Assembly: GCF_964204645.1 (NCBI RefSeq)
Contig: NC_134035.1
Location: 4,526,001-4,590,000, forward strand
DNA from: Tubulanus polymorphus
Taxonomy: Eukaryota > Animalia > Nemertea
Direction of reading: 5' to 3'
DNA: 64,000 bases
The notes under the pieces were generated by a model. It did not search any database and was not told the origin of the DNA. It saw nothing but the letters and a program-made list of their open reading frames with translations. The translations under genes were made by a program, and so were the position numbers. This document shows, one piece after another, positions 15,001-30,000 of this stretch. The stretch's first letter is position 1. Each line of letters opens with the position of its first letter.

Positions 15001-18000
15001 CTACCCATATTAGACAATTGAATACAGCATCTTCAGGACGATATAATGCCCCACAATTCTGAATCTTTCGGCCAATCTATTTTAAATGAGTTCAGTACAC
15101 CCTACCCATAAAGGACAATTGAATACAGCATCTTCAGGACGATATGAAGCCCCAAAAATCTAGATCTTTCGACCAATCTATTGAAAACAACTTCAATACA
15201 CCTTAACCATATCAGACAATTGTATACAGCATCTTCCGGGTGATATGAAGCCCCAAAATTCAGAATCTTTCGACAAATCTATTGAAAAACACTTCAATAC
15301 ACACTAACCATATAGGACAATTGAACACAGCATCTTCAGGACCATATGGGGCCCTAACTTTCAGGATGTTTCAACCAATTTTTTGAAAATAAGTTCAGTT
15401 CACCCTGCCCATATATGGCAATTCAATACAGCTTTTTCAGGACGATATGAAGCCCAAAAATCCTGGATCTTTCTACCAATCTATTGAAAATTAGTTCAGT
15501 ACACACTACACATATCAGAAAATGGAATACAACATCTTCAGGACGACATGAAGCCCGAAAAATTCTGGATCTTTCGGCCAATCTATTGAAAATTAGTTCA
15601 GTACACCCTACCTATATATGACAATTGAATACAGCATCTTCAGGATGATATGATGCCCCAAAATTCTAGATCTTTCGACCAATCTATTTAAAATGAGTTC
15701 AGGACACCCTGCCCATAAAGGGCAATTGAACACAGAATCTTAAGCACGATATGAAGCCCCAAAATTCTAGATCCTTCGACCAATCTATTGAAACCCAGTT
15801 CAATATACCCTTCCCATATATGACAATTGAATACAGCATCTTCAGGACAATTTGATGCCCCAAAATTCTAGATCTTTCCACCAATCTATTGAAAAACAGT
15901 TCAATACACCCTAGCCACATATGACAATTGAATACAGCATCTTCAAGACGATATGAAGCCCCAAAATTTTGAATCTTTCGGCCAATCTATTGAAAATTAG
16001 TTCAATACACCCTAGCCATATATGACAATTGAATACAGCATCTTCAGGACGATATGAAGCCCCAAAAATCTAGATCTTTCGACCAATCTATTGAAAACAA
16101 CTTCAATACACCCTAACCATATCAGACAATTGTATACAGCATCTTACGGGTGATTTGAAGCCCCAAAATTCTGAATCTTTCGACCAATCTATTGAAAATC
16201 AGTTCAGTACACCATACCCATATTAGAAAATTGAAGACAGCATCTTCAGGACAATTTGATGCCCCAAAATTCTAGATCTTTCGACAAATCTATTGAAAAC
16301 CACTTCAATACACACTAACCATATAGGACAATTGAACACAGCATCTTCAGGACCATATGGGGCCCTAACTTTCAGGATGTTTCGACCAATTTTTTGAAAA
16401 TAAGTTCAGTTCACCCTGCCCATATATGGCAATTCAACACAGATTCTTCAGGACGATATGAAGCCCCAAAATTCTGGATCTTTCTACCAATCTATTGAAA
16501 ATTAGTTCGGTACACCCTACACATATCAGAAAATGGAATACAACATCTTCAGGACGATATGAAGCCCGAAAATTCTGGATCTTTCGGCCAATCTATTGAA
16601 AATTAGTTCAGTACACCCTAACCATATCAGACAATTGAATACAGCATCTTCAGGACGATGTAATGCCCCAAAATTCTAGATCTTTCGACCAATCTATTGA
16701 AAATCAGTTCAGTACACCTTACCCATAAAGTACAATTGAATACAGCATCTTCAGGACGATATGAAGCCCCAAAAATCTAGATCTTTCGACCAATCTATTT
16801 AAAATGAGTTCAATATACCCTACCCATATTAGACAATTGAATACAGTATCTTCAGGAAGATATAATGCCCCTAAATTCTAGATCTTTCGACCAATCTATT
16901 GAAAACAACTTCAATACACCTTACTCATATTAGACAATTGAATACAGCATCTTCCGTGTGATATGAAGCCCCAAAATTCTGAATCTTTCGACCAATCTAT
17001 TGAAAATCAGTTCAGTACACCATACCCATATTAGAAAATTGAAGACAGCATCTTCAGGACAATTTGATGCCCCAAAATTCTAGATCTTTCGACAAATCTA
17101 TTGAAACCACTTCAATACACACTAACCATATAGGACAATTGAACACAGCATCTTCAGGACCATATGGGGCCCTAACTTTCAGGTTGTTTCGACCAATTTT
17201 TTGAAAATAAGTTCAGTACACCCTGTCCATATATGGCAATTCAATACAGCTTCTTCAGGACGATATGAAGCCCCAAAATCCTCGATCTTTCTACCAATCT
17301 ATTGGAAATTAGTTCAGTACACCCTACAGATATCAGAAAATCGAATACAACATCTTCAGGACGATATGAAGCCCCAAATTTTTGGATCTTTCGGCCAATC
17401 TATTGAAAATTAGTTCAGTGCACCTTACCCATATATGACAATTGAATACAGCATCTTGAGGACGATATAATGCCCCAAAATTCTAGATCTTTCGACCAAT
17501 CTATTTAAAATGAGTTCAGTACACCCTACCCATATTGGACAATTGAATACAGCATCTCCAGGACGATATGAAGCCCCAAAAATCTAGATCTTTCGACCAA
17601 TCTATTGAAAACCAGTTCAATATACCCTACCTTTATTAGACAATTGAATACAGCATCTTCCGGGTGATATGAAGCCCCAAAATTCGGAATCTTTCGGCCA
17701 ATCTATCGAAAATTAGTTCAGTACACCCTACCCATATATGACAATTGAAAAGAGCATCTTCAGGAAGATGTGATGCCCCAAATTTCTAGATCTTTCGACC
17801 AATCTATTGAAAATCAATTCAATACACCCTAACCATAGAGGACAATTGAACACAGCATCTTCAGGACCATATGGGTTCCTAAATTTCAGGATGTTTCGAC
17901 CAATTTATTGAAAATAAGTTCAGTACACCCTTCCCATATATGGCAATTCAATACAGCTTCTTCAATACACCCTAGCCATATATGACAATTGAATTCAGCT

Positions 18001-21000
18001 TCTTCAAGACGATATGAAGCCCCAGGATTTGAAAGATCCAGGATTTTGGGGCATCATATCGTCCTGATGTAGCTGTATTGAATTGCCATATATGGGCAGG
18101 GTGTAATGAACTTATTAAAAAATTGGTCGAAACAACCTGAAAGTTAGGGCCCCTTATGGTCCTGAAGATGCTGTGTTCAATTGTCCTATATGGTTAGTGT
18201 GTATTGAAGTGGTTTATCAATAGATTTGTCGAAAGATCTAGAATTTTGGGTCTTCAAATTGTCTTGAAGATGCTGTATTCAATTTTCTAATATGGGTAAA
18301 GTGTACTGAACTGATTTTCAATAGATTGGTCGAAAGATTCAGAATTTTGGGGCTGCATATCACCCAGAAGATGCTGTATACAATTATCTGATATGGTTAG
18401 GGTGCATTGAAGTGGTTTTCAATAAATTGGTTGAAAGATTCAGACTTTTAGGGCTTCACATCGTCCTGAAGATGCTGTATTCAATACACCCTAGCCATAT
18501 ATGACAATTGAATACAGCATCTTCAAGACGATATGAAGCCCCAAAATTCTGAATCTTTCGGCAAATCTATCAAAAATTAGTTCAGTACACCCTACCCATA
18601 TAAGACAATATGAATACAGCACCTTCAAGATGATATGAAGCCCTAAAATTCTGAATCTTTTGGCCAATCTATTTAAAATTAGTTCAGTACACCCACCCAT
18701 ATATGACAATTGAATACAGCATCTTCAGGATGATATAATGCCCCAAAATTCTAGATCTTTCGACCAATCTATTGAAACCCAGTTCAATATACCCTACCCA
18801 TATTAGACAATTGAATACAGCATCTTCAGGACGATGTGAAGCCCTAAAAGTCTGAATCTTTCAACCAATCTATTGAAAATCAGTTCAGTACACCTTACTC
18901 ATATTAGACAATTGAATACAGCATCTTCAGGACAATTTGTTGCCCCAAAATTCTAGATCTTTCGACCTATATATTGAAACCAAGTTCAATAAACCCTACC
19001 CATATATGACAATTGAAAAGAGCATCTTCAGGAAGATCTGATGCCCCAAATTTCTAGATCTTTCGACCAATCTATTGAAAATTAGTTCAGTTCACCCTAC
19101 CCATATATGACAATTGAATACAGCATCTTCAGGACGATATGAAGCCCCAAAATTCTGGATCTTTCGGCCAATCTATTGAAAATTAGTTCAGTTCACTCTA
19201 CCCATATATGACAATTGAATACAGCATCTTCAGGACGATATAATGCCCCAAAATTCTAGATCTTTCGACCAATCTATTTAAAATGAGTTCAGTACACCCT
19301 ACCCATATAGGACAATTGAATACAGCATCTTCGGGACGATATGAAGCCCCAAAAATCTAGATCTTTTGACCAATCTATTAAAAACCAGTTCAATATACCC
19401 TACCCATATTAGACAATTGAATACAACATTTTCAGGACGATGTGAAGCCCTAAAAGTCTGAATCTTTCAACCAATCTATTGAAAATCAGTTCAGTACACC
19501 TTACTAATATTAGACAATTGAATACAGCATCTTCAGGACGATATGAAACTCCAAAAATCTAGATCTTTCGACCAATCTATTGAAAACCACTTCAATGCAC
19601 CCTAACCATATCAGATAATTGTATACAGCATCTTCCGGGTGATATGAAGCCCCAAAATTCTGAATCTTTCGACCAATCTATTGAAAATCAGTTCAGTACA
19701 CCTTACCCATATTAGAAAATTGAATACAGCATCTTCAGGACAATTTGAAGACCCAAAATTGTAGATCTTTCGACAAATCTATTGAAAACCACTTCAATAC
19801 ACACTAACCATATAGGAAAATTGAACACAGCATCTTCAGGACCATATGGGGGCCCTAACTTTCAGGTTGTTTCGACCAATTTTTTGAAAATAAGTTCATT
19901 ACACCCTGCCCATAAATGACAGTTCAATATAGCTACTTCAGGACCATATGAAGCCCCAAAATCCTGGATCTTTCTACCAATCTATTGAAAATTAGTTCAG
20001 TACACCCTACACATATCAGAAAATGGAATACAACATCTTCAGGACGATATGAAGCCCCAAAATTCTGGATCTTTCGGCCAATCTATTGAAAATCAGTTCG
20101 GTACACCTTACTCATATTCGAAAAATTGAATACAGCATCTTCAGGACGATATGAAGCCCCAAAATTCTGAATCTTGCGACCAATCTATTGAAAATCAGTT
20201 CAGCACACCTTACCCATATTAGAAAATTGAATACAGCATCTTCAGGACAATTTGAAGCCCCATAATTCTAGATCTTTTGACAAATCTATTGAAAACCACT
20301 TCAATACATACTAACCATATAGGACAATTGAACACAGCATCTTCAGGACCATATGGGGCCCTAACTTTCAGGATGTTTCGACGAATTTTTTGAAAATAAG
20401 TTCAGTACACCCTGCCCATATATGGCAATTCAATACAGCTTCTTCAGGATTATATGAAGACCCAAAATCCTGGATCTTTCTACCAATCTATTGAAAATTA
20501 GTTCAGTACACCCTACACATATCAGAAAATGGAATACAACATCTTCAGGACGATATGAAGCCCTGAAAATTCTGGATCTTTCGGCCAATCTACCGTATTG
20601 AAAATCAGTTCGGTACACCTTACTCATATTAGACAATTGAATAAAGCATCTTCAGGACGATATGAAGCCCCAAAATTCTGGATCTTTCGGCCAATCTATT
20701 GAAAATTAGTTCCTTGCACCATACCCATATATGACAATTGTATACAGCATCTTGAGGACGATATAATGCCCCAAAATTCTAGATCTTTCGATCAATCTAT
20801 TTAAAATGAGTTCAATATACCCTACCTATATATGACAATTGAATACAGCATCTTCAGGACGATATAATGCCCTAAAATTCTAGATCTTTCGACCAATCTA
20901 TTTAAAATGAGTTCAGTACATCCTACCCATAAAGGACAATTGAACACAGAATCTTCAGCACGATATGAAGCCCCAAAATTCTGAATCTTTCGACCAATCT

Positions 21001-24000
21001 ATTGAAAATCAGTTCAGTACACCATACCCATATTACAAAATTGAATACAGCATCTTCAGGACAATTTGATGCCCCAAAATTCTAGATCTTTCGACAAATC
21101 TACTGAAAACCACTTCAATACACACTAACCATATAGGACAATTGAACACAGCATCTTCAGGACCATATGGGGCCCTAACTTTCAGGATGTTTCGACCAAT
21201 TTTTTTAAAATGAGTTCATTACACCCTGCCCTATATGGCAATTGAATACAGCATCTTCAAGACGATATAAAGCCCCAAAATTCTGAATCTTTCGGCCAAT
21301 CTATTTAAAATGAGTTCAGTACACCCTACCCATATAGGACAATTGAATACAGCATCTTCGGGACGATATGAAGCCCCAAAAATCTAGATCTTTTGACCAA
21401 TCTATTAAAAACCAGTTCAATATACCCTACCCATATTAGACAATTGAATACAACATTTTCAGGACGATGTGAAGCCCTAAAAGTCTGAATCTTTCAACCA
21501 ATCTATTGAAAATCAGTTCAGTACACCTTACTAATATTAGACAATTGAATACAGCATCTTCAGGACGATATGAAACTCCAAAAATCTAGATCTTTCGACC
21601 AATCTATTGAAAACCACTTCAATGCACCCTAACCATATCAGATAATTGTATACAGCATCTTCCGGGTGATATGAAGCCCCAAAATTCTGAATCTTTCGAC
21701 CAATCTATTGAAAATCAGTTCAGTACACCATACCCATATTACAAAATTGAATACAGCATCTTCAGGACAATTTGATGCCCGAAAATTCTAGATCTTTCGA
21801 CAAATCTACTGAAAACCACTTCAATACACATTAACCATATAGGACAATTGAACACAGCATCTTCAGGACCATATGGGGCCCTAACTTTCAGGATGTTTCG
21901 ACCAATTTTTTTAAAATGAGTTCATTACACCCTGCCCATATATGGCAATTGAATACAGCATCTTCAAGACGATATAAAGCCCCAAAATTCTGAATCTTTC
22001 GGCCAATCTATTTAAAATTAGTTCAGTACACCCTACCCATATATGAAAATTGAAAACAGAATCTTCAGCACGATATGAAGCCCCACAATTTTAGATCCTT
22101 CGGCCAATCTATTGAAAATTAGTTCAGTACACCCTGCCAATATATGGCAATGAATACAGCATCTTAAAGACGATATAAAGCCCCAAAATTCTGAATCTTT
22201 CGGCCAATCTATCTAAAATTAGTTCAGTACACCCTACCCATATATGACAATATGAATACAGCACCTTCAAGATGATATTAAGCCCCAAAATTCTGAATCT
22301 ATCGGCCAATCTATTTGAAATTATAGTTGAGTACACCCTACCCATATATGACAATTAAATACAGCATCTTCAGGACGATATGAAGCCCCAAAATTCTGGA
22401 TCTTTCGGCCAATCTATTGAAAATTAGTTCAGTACACCCTACCCATATATGACAATTAAATACAGCATCTTCAGGACGATATGAAGCCCCAAAATTCTGG
22501 ATCTTTCGGCCAATCAATTGAAAATTAGTTCAGTACACCCTACCCATATATGACAATTGAATAGAGCATCTTCAGGAAGATATAATGCCCCCAAAATTCT
22601 AGATCTTTCGACCAATCTATTGAAACCCAGTTCAATACACCCTACCCATATATGACAATTGAAAAGAGCATCTTCAGGAAGATGTGATGCCCCAAATTTC
22701 TAGATCTTTCGACCAATCAATTGAAAATCAATTCAATACACCCTAACCATATAGGACAATTGTGAACACAGCATCTTCAGGACCATATGGGTTCCTAAAT
22801 TTCCGGATGTTTCGACCAATTTATTGAAAATAAGTTCGGTACACCCTTCCCATATATGGCAATTCAATACAGCTTCATCAGGACGATATGAAGCCCCAAA
22901 ATTCTGGATCTTTCTACCAATCTATTGAAAATTAGTTGAGTACACCCTACACATATCAGACAATGGAATACAACATCTTCAGGACGATATGACGCCCGAA
23001 CGTTCTGGATCTTTCGGCCAATCTATTGAAAATTAGTTCAATAGACCCTACCCATATTAGACAATTGAATACAGCATCTTCAGGACGATATGAAGCCCCA
23101 AAAATCTAGATCTTTCGACCAATCTATTGAAAACAACTTCAATACACCCTAACTATATCAGACAATTGTATACAGCATCTTCCGGGTGATATGAAGCCCC
23201 AAAATTCTGAATCTTTCGACCAATCTATTGAAAATCAGTTCAGTACACCTTACCCATATTAGAAAAATGAATACAGCATCTTCAGGACAATTTGATGCCC
23301 CAAAATTCTAGATCTTTCGACAAATCTATTGAAAACCACTTCAATACACACTAACCATATAGGACAATTGAACACAGCATCTTCAGGACCATATGGGGAC
23401 CTAACTTTCAGGGTGTTTCGACCAATTTTTTGAAAATAAGTTAAGTACAACCTGCCCATATATGGCAATTGTATACAGCATCTTCAAGATGATATAATGC
23501 CCCAAAATTCTGAATCTTTCGGCCAATCTATCGAAAATTAGTTCAGTACACCCTACCCATATATGACAATATGAATACAGCACCTTCAAGACGATATTAA
23601 GCCCCAAAATTCTGAATCTTTCGGCCAATCTATTGAAAATTAGTTTAGTATACCCTACCCACATATGACAATTGAATACAGCATCTGCAGGACGATATAA
23701 TGCTCCAAAATTATAGATCTTTCGACCAATCTATATAAAATGAGTTCAGTACACCCTGTCCATAAAGGACAATTGAATACAGCATCTTCAGGACGATATG
23801 AAGCCCCAAAAATCTAGATCTTTCGACCAATCTATTGAAAACCAGTTCAATATACCCTACCCATATTAGACAATTGAATACAGCATCTTCAGGACGATGT
23901 GAAGCCCTAAAAGTCTGAATCTTTCAACCACTCTATTGAAAATCAGTTCAGTACACCTTACTCATATTAGACAATTGAATACAGCATCTTCAGGACGATA

Positions 24001-27000
24001 TGAAGCCCCAAAAATCTAGATCTTTCGACCAATCTATTGAAAACCACTTCAATACACCCTAACTATATCAAACAATTGTATACAGCATCTTCCGGGTGAT
24101 ATGAAGCCCCAAAAATCTAGGTCTTTCGACCAATCTATTGAAAATCAGTTTGGTACACCTTACTCATATTAGACAATTGTATACAGCATCTTCAGGGTGA
24201 TATGAAGCCCCAAAATTCTGAATCTTGCGACCAATCTATTGAAAATCAGTTCAGCACACCTTACCCATATTAGAAAATTGAATACAGCATCTTCAGGACA
24301 ATTTGAAGCCCCATAATTCTAGATCTTTTGACAAATCTATTGAAAACCACTTCAATACATACTAACCATATAGGACAATTGAACACAGCATCTTCAGGAC
24401 CATATGGGGCCCTAACTTTCAGGATGTTTCGACGAATTTTTTGAAAATAAGTTCAGTACACCCTGCCCATATATGGCAATTCAATACAGCTTCTTCAGGA
24501 TGATATGAAGACCCAAAATCCTGGATCTTTCTACCAATCTATTGAAAATTAGTTCAGTACACCCTACAAATATCAGAAAATGGAATACAACATCTTCAGG
24601 ACGATATGAAGCCCTGAAAATTCTGGATCTTTCGGCCAATCTACCGTATTGAAAATCAGTTCGGTACACCTTACTCATATTAGACAATTGAATAAAGCAT
24701 CTTCAGGACGATATGAAGCCCCAAAATTCTGGATCTTTCGGCCAATCTATTAGAAAATTAGTTCCTTGCACCCTACCCATATATGACAATTGTATACAGC
24801 ATCTTGAGGACGATATAATGCCCCAAAAATCTAGATCTTTCGACCAATCTATTGAAAACCAGTTCAATATACCCTACCTATATATGACAATTGAATACAG
24901 CATCTTCAGGACGATATAATGCCCTAAAATTCTAGATCTTTCGACCAATCTATTTAAAATGAGTTCAGTACATCCTACCCATAAAGGACAATTGAACACA
25001 GAATCTTCAGCACGATATGAAGCCCCAAAATTCTGAATCTTTCGACCAATCTATTGAAAATCAGTTCAGTACACCATACCCATATTACAAAATTGAATAC
25101 AGCATCTTCAGGACAATTTGATGCCCGAAAATTCTAGATCTTTCGACAAATCTACTGAAAACCACTTCAATACACACTAACCATATAGGACAATTGAACA
25201 CAGCATCTTCAGGACCATATGGGGCCCTAACTTTCAGGATGTTTCGACCAATTTTTTTAAAATGAGTTCATTACACCCTGCCCATATATGGCAATTGAAT
25301 ACAGCATCTTCAAGACGATATAAAGCCCCAAAATTCTGAATCTTTCGGCCAGTCTATTTAAAATTAGTTCAGTACACCCTACCCATATATGACAATTGAA
25401 AACAGAATCTTCAGCACGATATGAAGCCCCACAATTTTAGATCCTTCGGCCAATCAATTGAAAATTAGTTCAGTACACCCTGCCCATATATGGCAATTGA
25501 ATACAGCATCTTAAAGACGATATAAAGCCCCAAAATTCTGAATCTTTCGGCCAATCTATCGAAAATTAGTTCAGTACACCCTACCCATATATGACAATAT
25601 GAATACAGCACCTTCAAGACGATATTAAGCCCCAAAATTCTGAATCTATCGGCCAATCTATTTGAAATTATAGTTGAGTACACCCTACCCATATATGACA
25701 ATTAAATACAGCATCTTCAGGACGATATGAAGCCCCAAAATTCTGGATCTTTCGGCCAATCTATTGAAAATTAGTCCATACACCCTACCCATATATGACA
25801 ATTAAATACAGCATCTTCAGGACGATATGAAGCCCCAAAATTCTGGATCTTTCGGCCAATCTATTGAAAATTAGTTCAGTACACCCTACCCATATATGAC
25901 AATTGAATAGAGCATCTTCAGGAAGATATAATGCCCCAAAATTCTAGATCTTTCGACCAATCTATTGAAACCCAGTTCAATACACCCTACCCATATATGA
26001 CAATTGAAAAGAGCATCTTCAGGAAGATGTGATGCCCCAAATTTCTAGATCTTTCGACCAATCAATTGAAAATCAATTCAATACACCCTAACCATATAGG
26101 ACAATTGAACACAGCATCTTCAGGACCATATGGGTTCCTAAATTTCCGGATGTTTCGACCAATTTATTGAAAATAAGTTCGGTACACCCTTCCCATATAT
26201 GGCAATTCAATACAGCTTCATCAGAACGATATGAAGCCCCAAAATTCTGGATCTTTCTACCAATCTATTGAAAATTAGTTGAGTACACCCTACACATATC
26301 AGACAATGGAATACAACATCTTCAGGACGATATGACGCCCGAACGTTCTGGATCTTTCGGCCAATCTATTGAAAATTAGTTCAATAGACCCTACCCATAT
26401 TAGACAATTGAATACAGCATCTTCAGGACGATATGAAGCCCCAAAAATCTAGATCTTTCGACCAATCTATTGAAAACAACTTCAATACACCCTAACCATA
26501 TCAGACAATTGTATACAGCATCTTCCGGGTGATATGAAGCCCCAAAATTCTGAATCTTTCGACCAATCTATTGAAAATCAGTTCAGTACACCTTACCCAT
26601 ATTAGAAAAATGAATACAGCATCTTCAGGACAATTTGATGCCCCAAAATTCTAGATCTTTCGACAAATCTATTGAAAACCACTTCAATACACACTAACCA
26701 TATAGGACAATTGAACACAGCATCTTCAGGACCATATGGGGACCTAACTTTCAGGGTGTTTCGACCAATTTTTTGAAAATAAGTTAAGTACAACCTGCCC
26801 ATATATGGCAATTGTATACAGCATCTTCAAGATGATATAACGCCCCAAAATTCTGAATCTTTCGGCCAATCTATCGAAAATTAGTTCAGTACACCCTACC
26901 CATATATGACAATATGAATACAGCACCTTCAAGACGATATTAAGCCCCAAAATTCTGAATCTTTCGGCCAATCTATTGAAAATTAGTTTAGTATACCCTA

Positions 27001-30000
27001 CCCACATATGACAATTGAATACAGCATCTGCAGGACGATATAATGCCCCAAAATTATAGATCTTTCGACCAATCTATATAAAATGAGTTCAGTACACCCT
27101 GTCCATAAAGGACAATTGAATACAGCATCTTCAGGACGATATGAAGCCCCAAAAATCTAGATCTTTCGACCAATCTATTGAAAACCAGTTCAATATACCC
27201 TACCCATATTAGACAATTGAATACAGCATCTTCAGGACGATGTGAAGCCCTAAAAGTCTGAATCTTTCAACCACTCTATTGAAAATCAGTTCAGTACACC
27301 TTACTCATATTAGACAATTGAATACAGCATCTTCAGGACGATATGAAGCCCCAAAAATCTAGATCTTTCGACCAATCTATTGAAAACCACTTCAATACAC
27401 CCTAACTATATCAGACAATTGTATACAGCATCTTCCGGGTGATATAAAGCCCCAAAATTCTGAATCTTTCGACCAATCTATTGAAAATCAGTTCAGTACA
27501 CCTTACCCATATTAGAAAATTGAATACAGCATCTTCAGGACGATGTGAAGCCCTAAAAGTCTGAATCTTTCAACCAATCTATTGAAAATCAGTTCAGTAC
27601 ACCTTACTCATATTTGAAAATTGAATACAGCATCTTCAGGATAATTTGATGCCCCAAAATTCTAGATCCTTCGACAAATCTATTGAAAACCACTTCAATA
27701 CACACTAACCATTTAGGACAATTGAACACAGCATCTTCAAGACCATATTGGGCCCTGACTTTCGGGATGTTTCGACCAATTTTTTGAAAATAAGTTCAGT
27801 ACACCCTGCCCATATATGGCAATTCAATACAGCTTCTTCAGGATGATATGAATCCCCAAAATTCTGAATCTTTCAACCAATCTGTTGAAAATCAGTTCAG
27901 AACACCTTACCCATATTAGAAAATTGAACACAGCATCTTCAGGACCATATGGGGCCCTAACTTTCAGGATGTTTCGACCAATTTTTTGAAAATAAGTTCA
28001 GTACACCCTGCCCATATATGGCAAATTCAATACAGCTTCTTCAGGACGATATGAAAACCCAAAATCCTGGATCTTTCTACCAATCTATCGAAAATTAGTT
28101 CAGTACACCCTACACATATCAGAAAATGGAATACAACTTCTTCAGGACGATATGAAGCCCGAAAATTCTGGATCTTTCGGCCAATCTATTGGAAATCAGT
28201 TCGGTACACCTTACTAATATTAGACAATTGAATACAGCATCTTCAGGACGATATGAAGCCCCAAAAATCTAGATCTTTCGACCGATCTATTGAAAACCAC
28301 TTCAATACACCCTAACTATATCAAACAATTGTATACAGCATCTTCCGGGTGATATGAAGCCCCAAAAATCTAGGTCTTTCGACCAATCAATTGAAAACCA
28401 CTTCAATACACCCTACCCATATATGACAATCGAAAAGAGCATCTTCAGGACGATATAATGCCCCAAAATTCTAGATCTTTCGACCAATCTATTGAAACCC
28501 AGTTAAATACACCCTACCCATATTAGATAATTGAAAAGAGCATCTTCAGGACGATATGAAGCCCCAAAATTCTAGATTATTCGACCAATCTATTGAAAAT
28601 CAGTTCATTACACTCTTCCCATATTAGACAATTGAATACAGCATCTTCAGGACGATATGATGCCCAAAAATTCTAGATTATTCGACCAATCTATTGAAAA
28701 TCAGTTCATTACACTCTTCCCATATTAGACAATTGAATACGGCATCTTCAGGAAGATGTGATGCCTTAAAGTTCTAGATCTTTCGACCAATCTATTGAAA
28801 CCCAGTTCAATATACCATACCCATTTATGACAATTGAATACAGCATCTTCAGGATGATTTGATGCCCCAAAATTCTAGATCTTTCACCCAATCTATTAAA
28901 AATCAGTTCAGTACACCCTATACCCATATTAGACAATCGAATACAGTATCTTCAGGACGATATGAAGCCCCAAAATTCTAGATCTATCGACCAATCTATT
29001 GAAACTTATTTCAATACACCCTACCCATATATGACAATTGAATACATCATCTTCAGGACGATATGAAACCCCAAAATTCTAGATCTTTCGACCATTATCT
29101 TGAAAACCAGTTCAATATACCCTACCCATATTAGACAATTGAATACAGAATCTTCAGGACGATATGAAGCCCGAAAATTCTGGATCTTTCGGACAATCTA
29201 TTGAAAATTAGTTCAGTACACCTTACCCATGTTAGACAATTGAATACAGCATCTTCAGGATGATGTAAAGCCGCAAAATTCAAGATCTTTCGACCATTGT
29301 ATTGAACATTAGTTCACTACACCCTACTCATAAAGGACAATTAAACACAGCATCTTCAGGACGATATGAAGCCCCAAAATTCTATATCTTTTGACCAATC
29401 TATTGAAAATTAGTTCAGTACACCCTACCCATAAAGGACAATTGAACACAGCATCTTCAGGACGTTATGAAGCCCCAAAATTTTGAATCTTTCGGCCAAT
29501 CTATCGAAAATTAGTTCAGTACACCATGCCCATATATGACAATTGAATACAGCACCTTCAGGACAATATTATGCCTCAAAATTCTAGATCTTTAGACCAA
29601 TCTATTTAAAATTAGTTCAGTACACCCTACCCATAAAGGACAATTGAACAATCTATTGAAAACCAGTTCAATATACGCTACCCATATATATGACAATTGA
29701 ATACAGCATCTTCAGGACGATTTGATGCCCCAAAATTCTAGATCTTTTGACCAATCTATTGAAAATCAGTTCATTACACTCTTCCCATATTAGACAATTG
29801 AAAAGAGCATCTTCAGGAAGATGTGATGCCCCAAAGTAATAGATCTATCGACCAATCCATTGAAAATCAATTCAATACACCCAACCCATAGGACAATTGA
29901 ACACAGCATCTACAGGACGATATGAAGCCTTAAAATTCTAGATCCCTCGACCAATCCATTGGAACCCAGTTCAATATACCCTACCCATATATGACAATTG

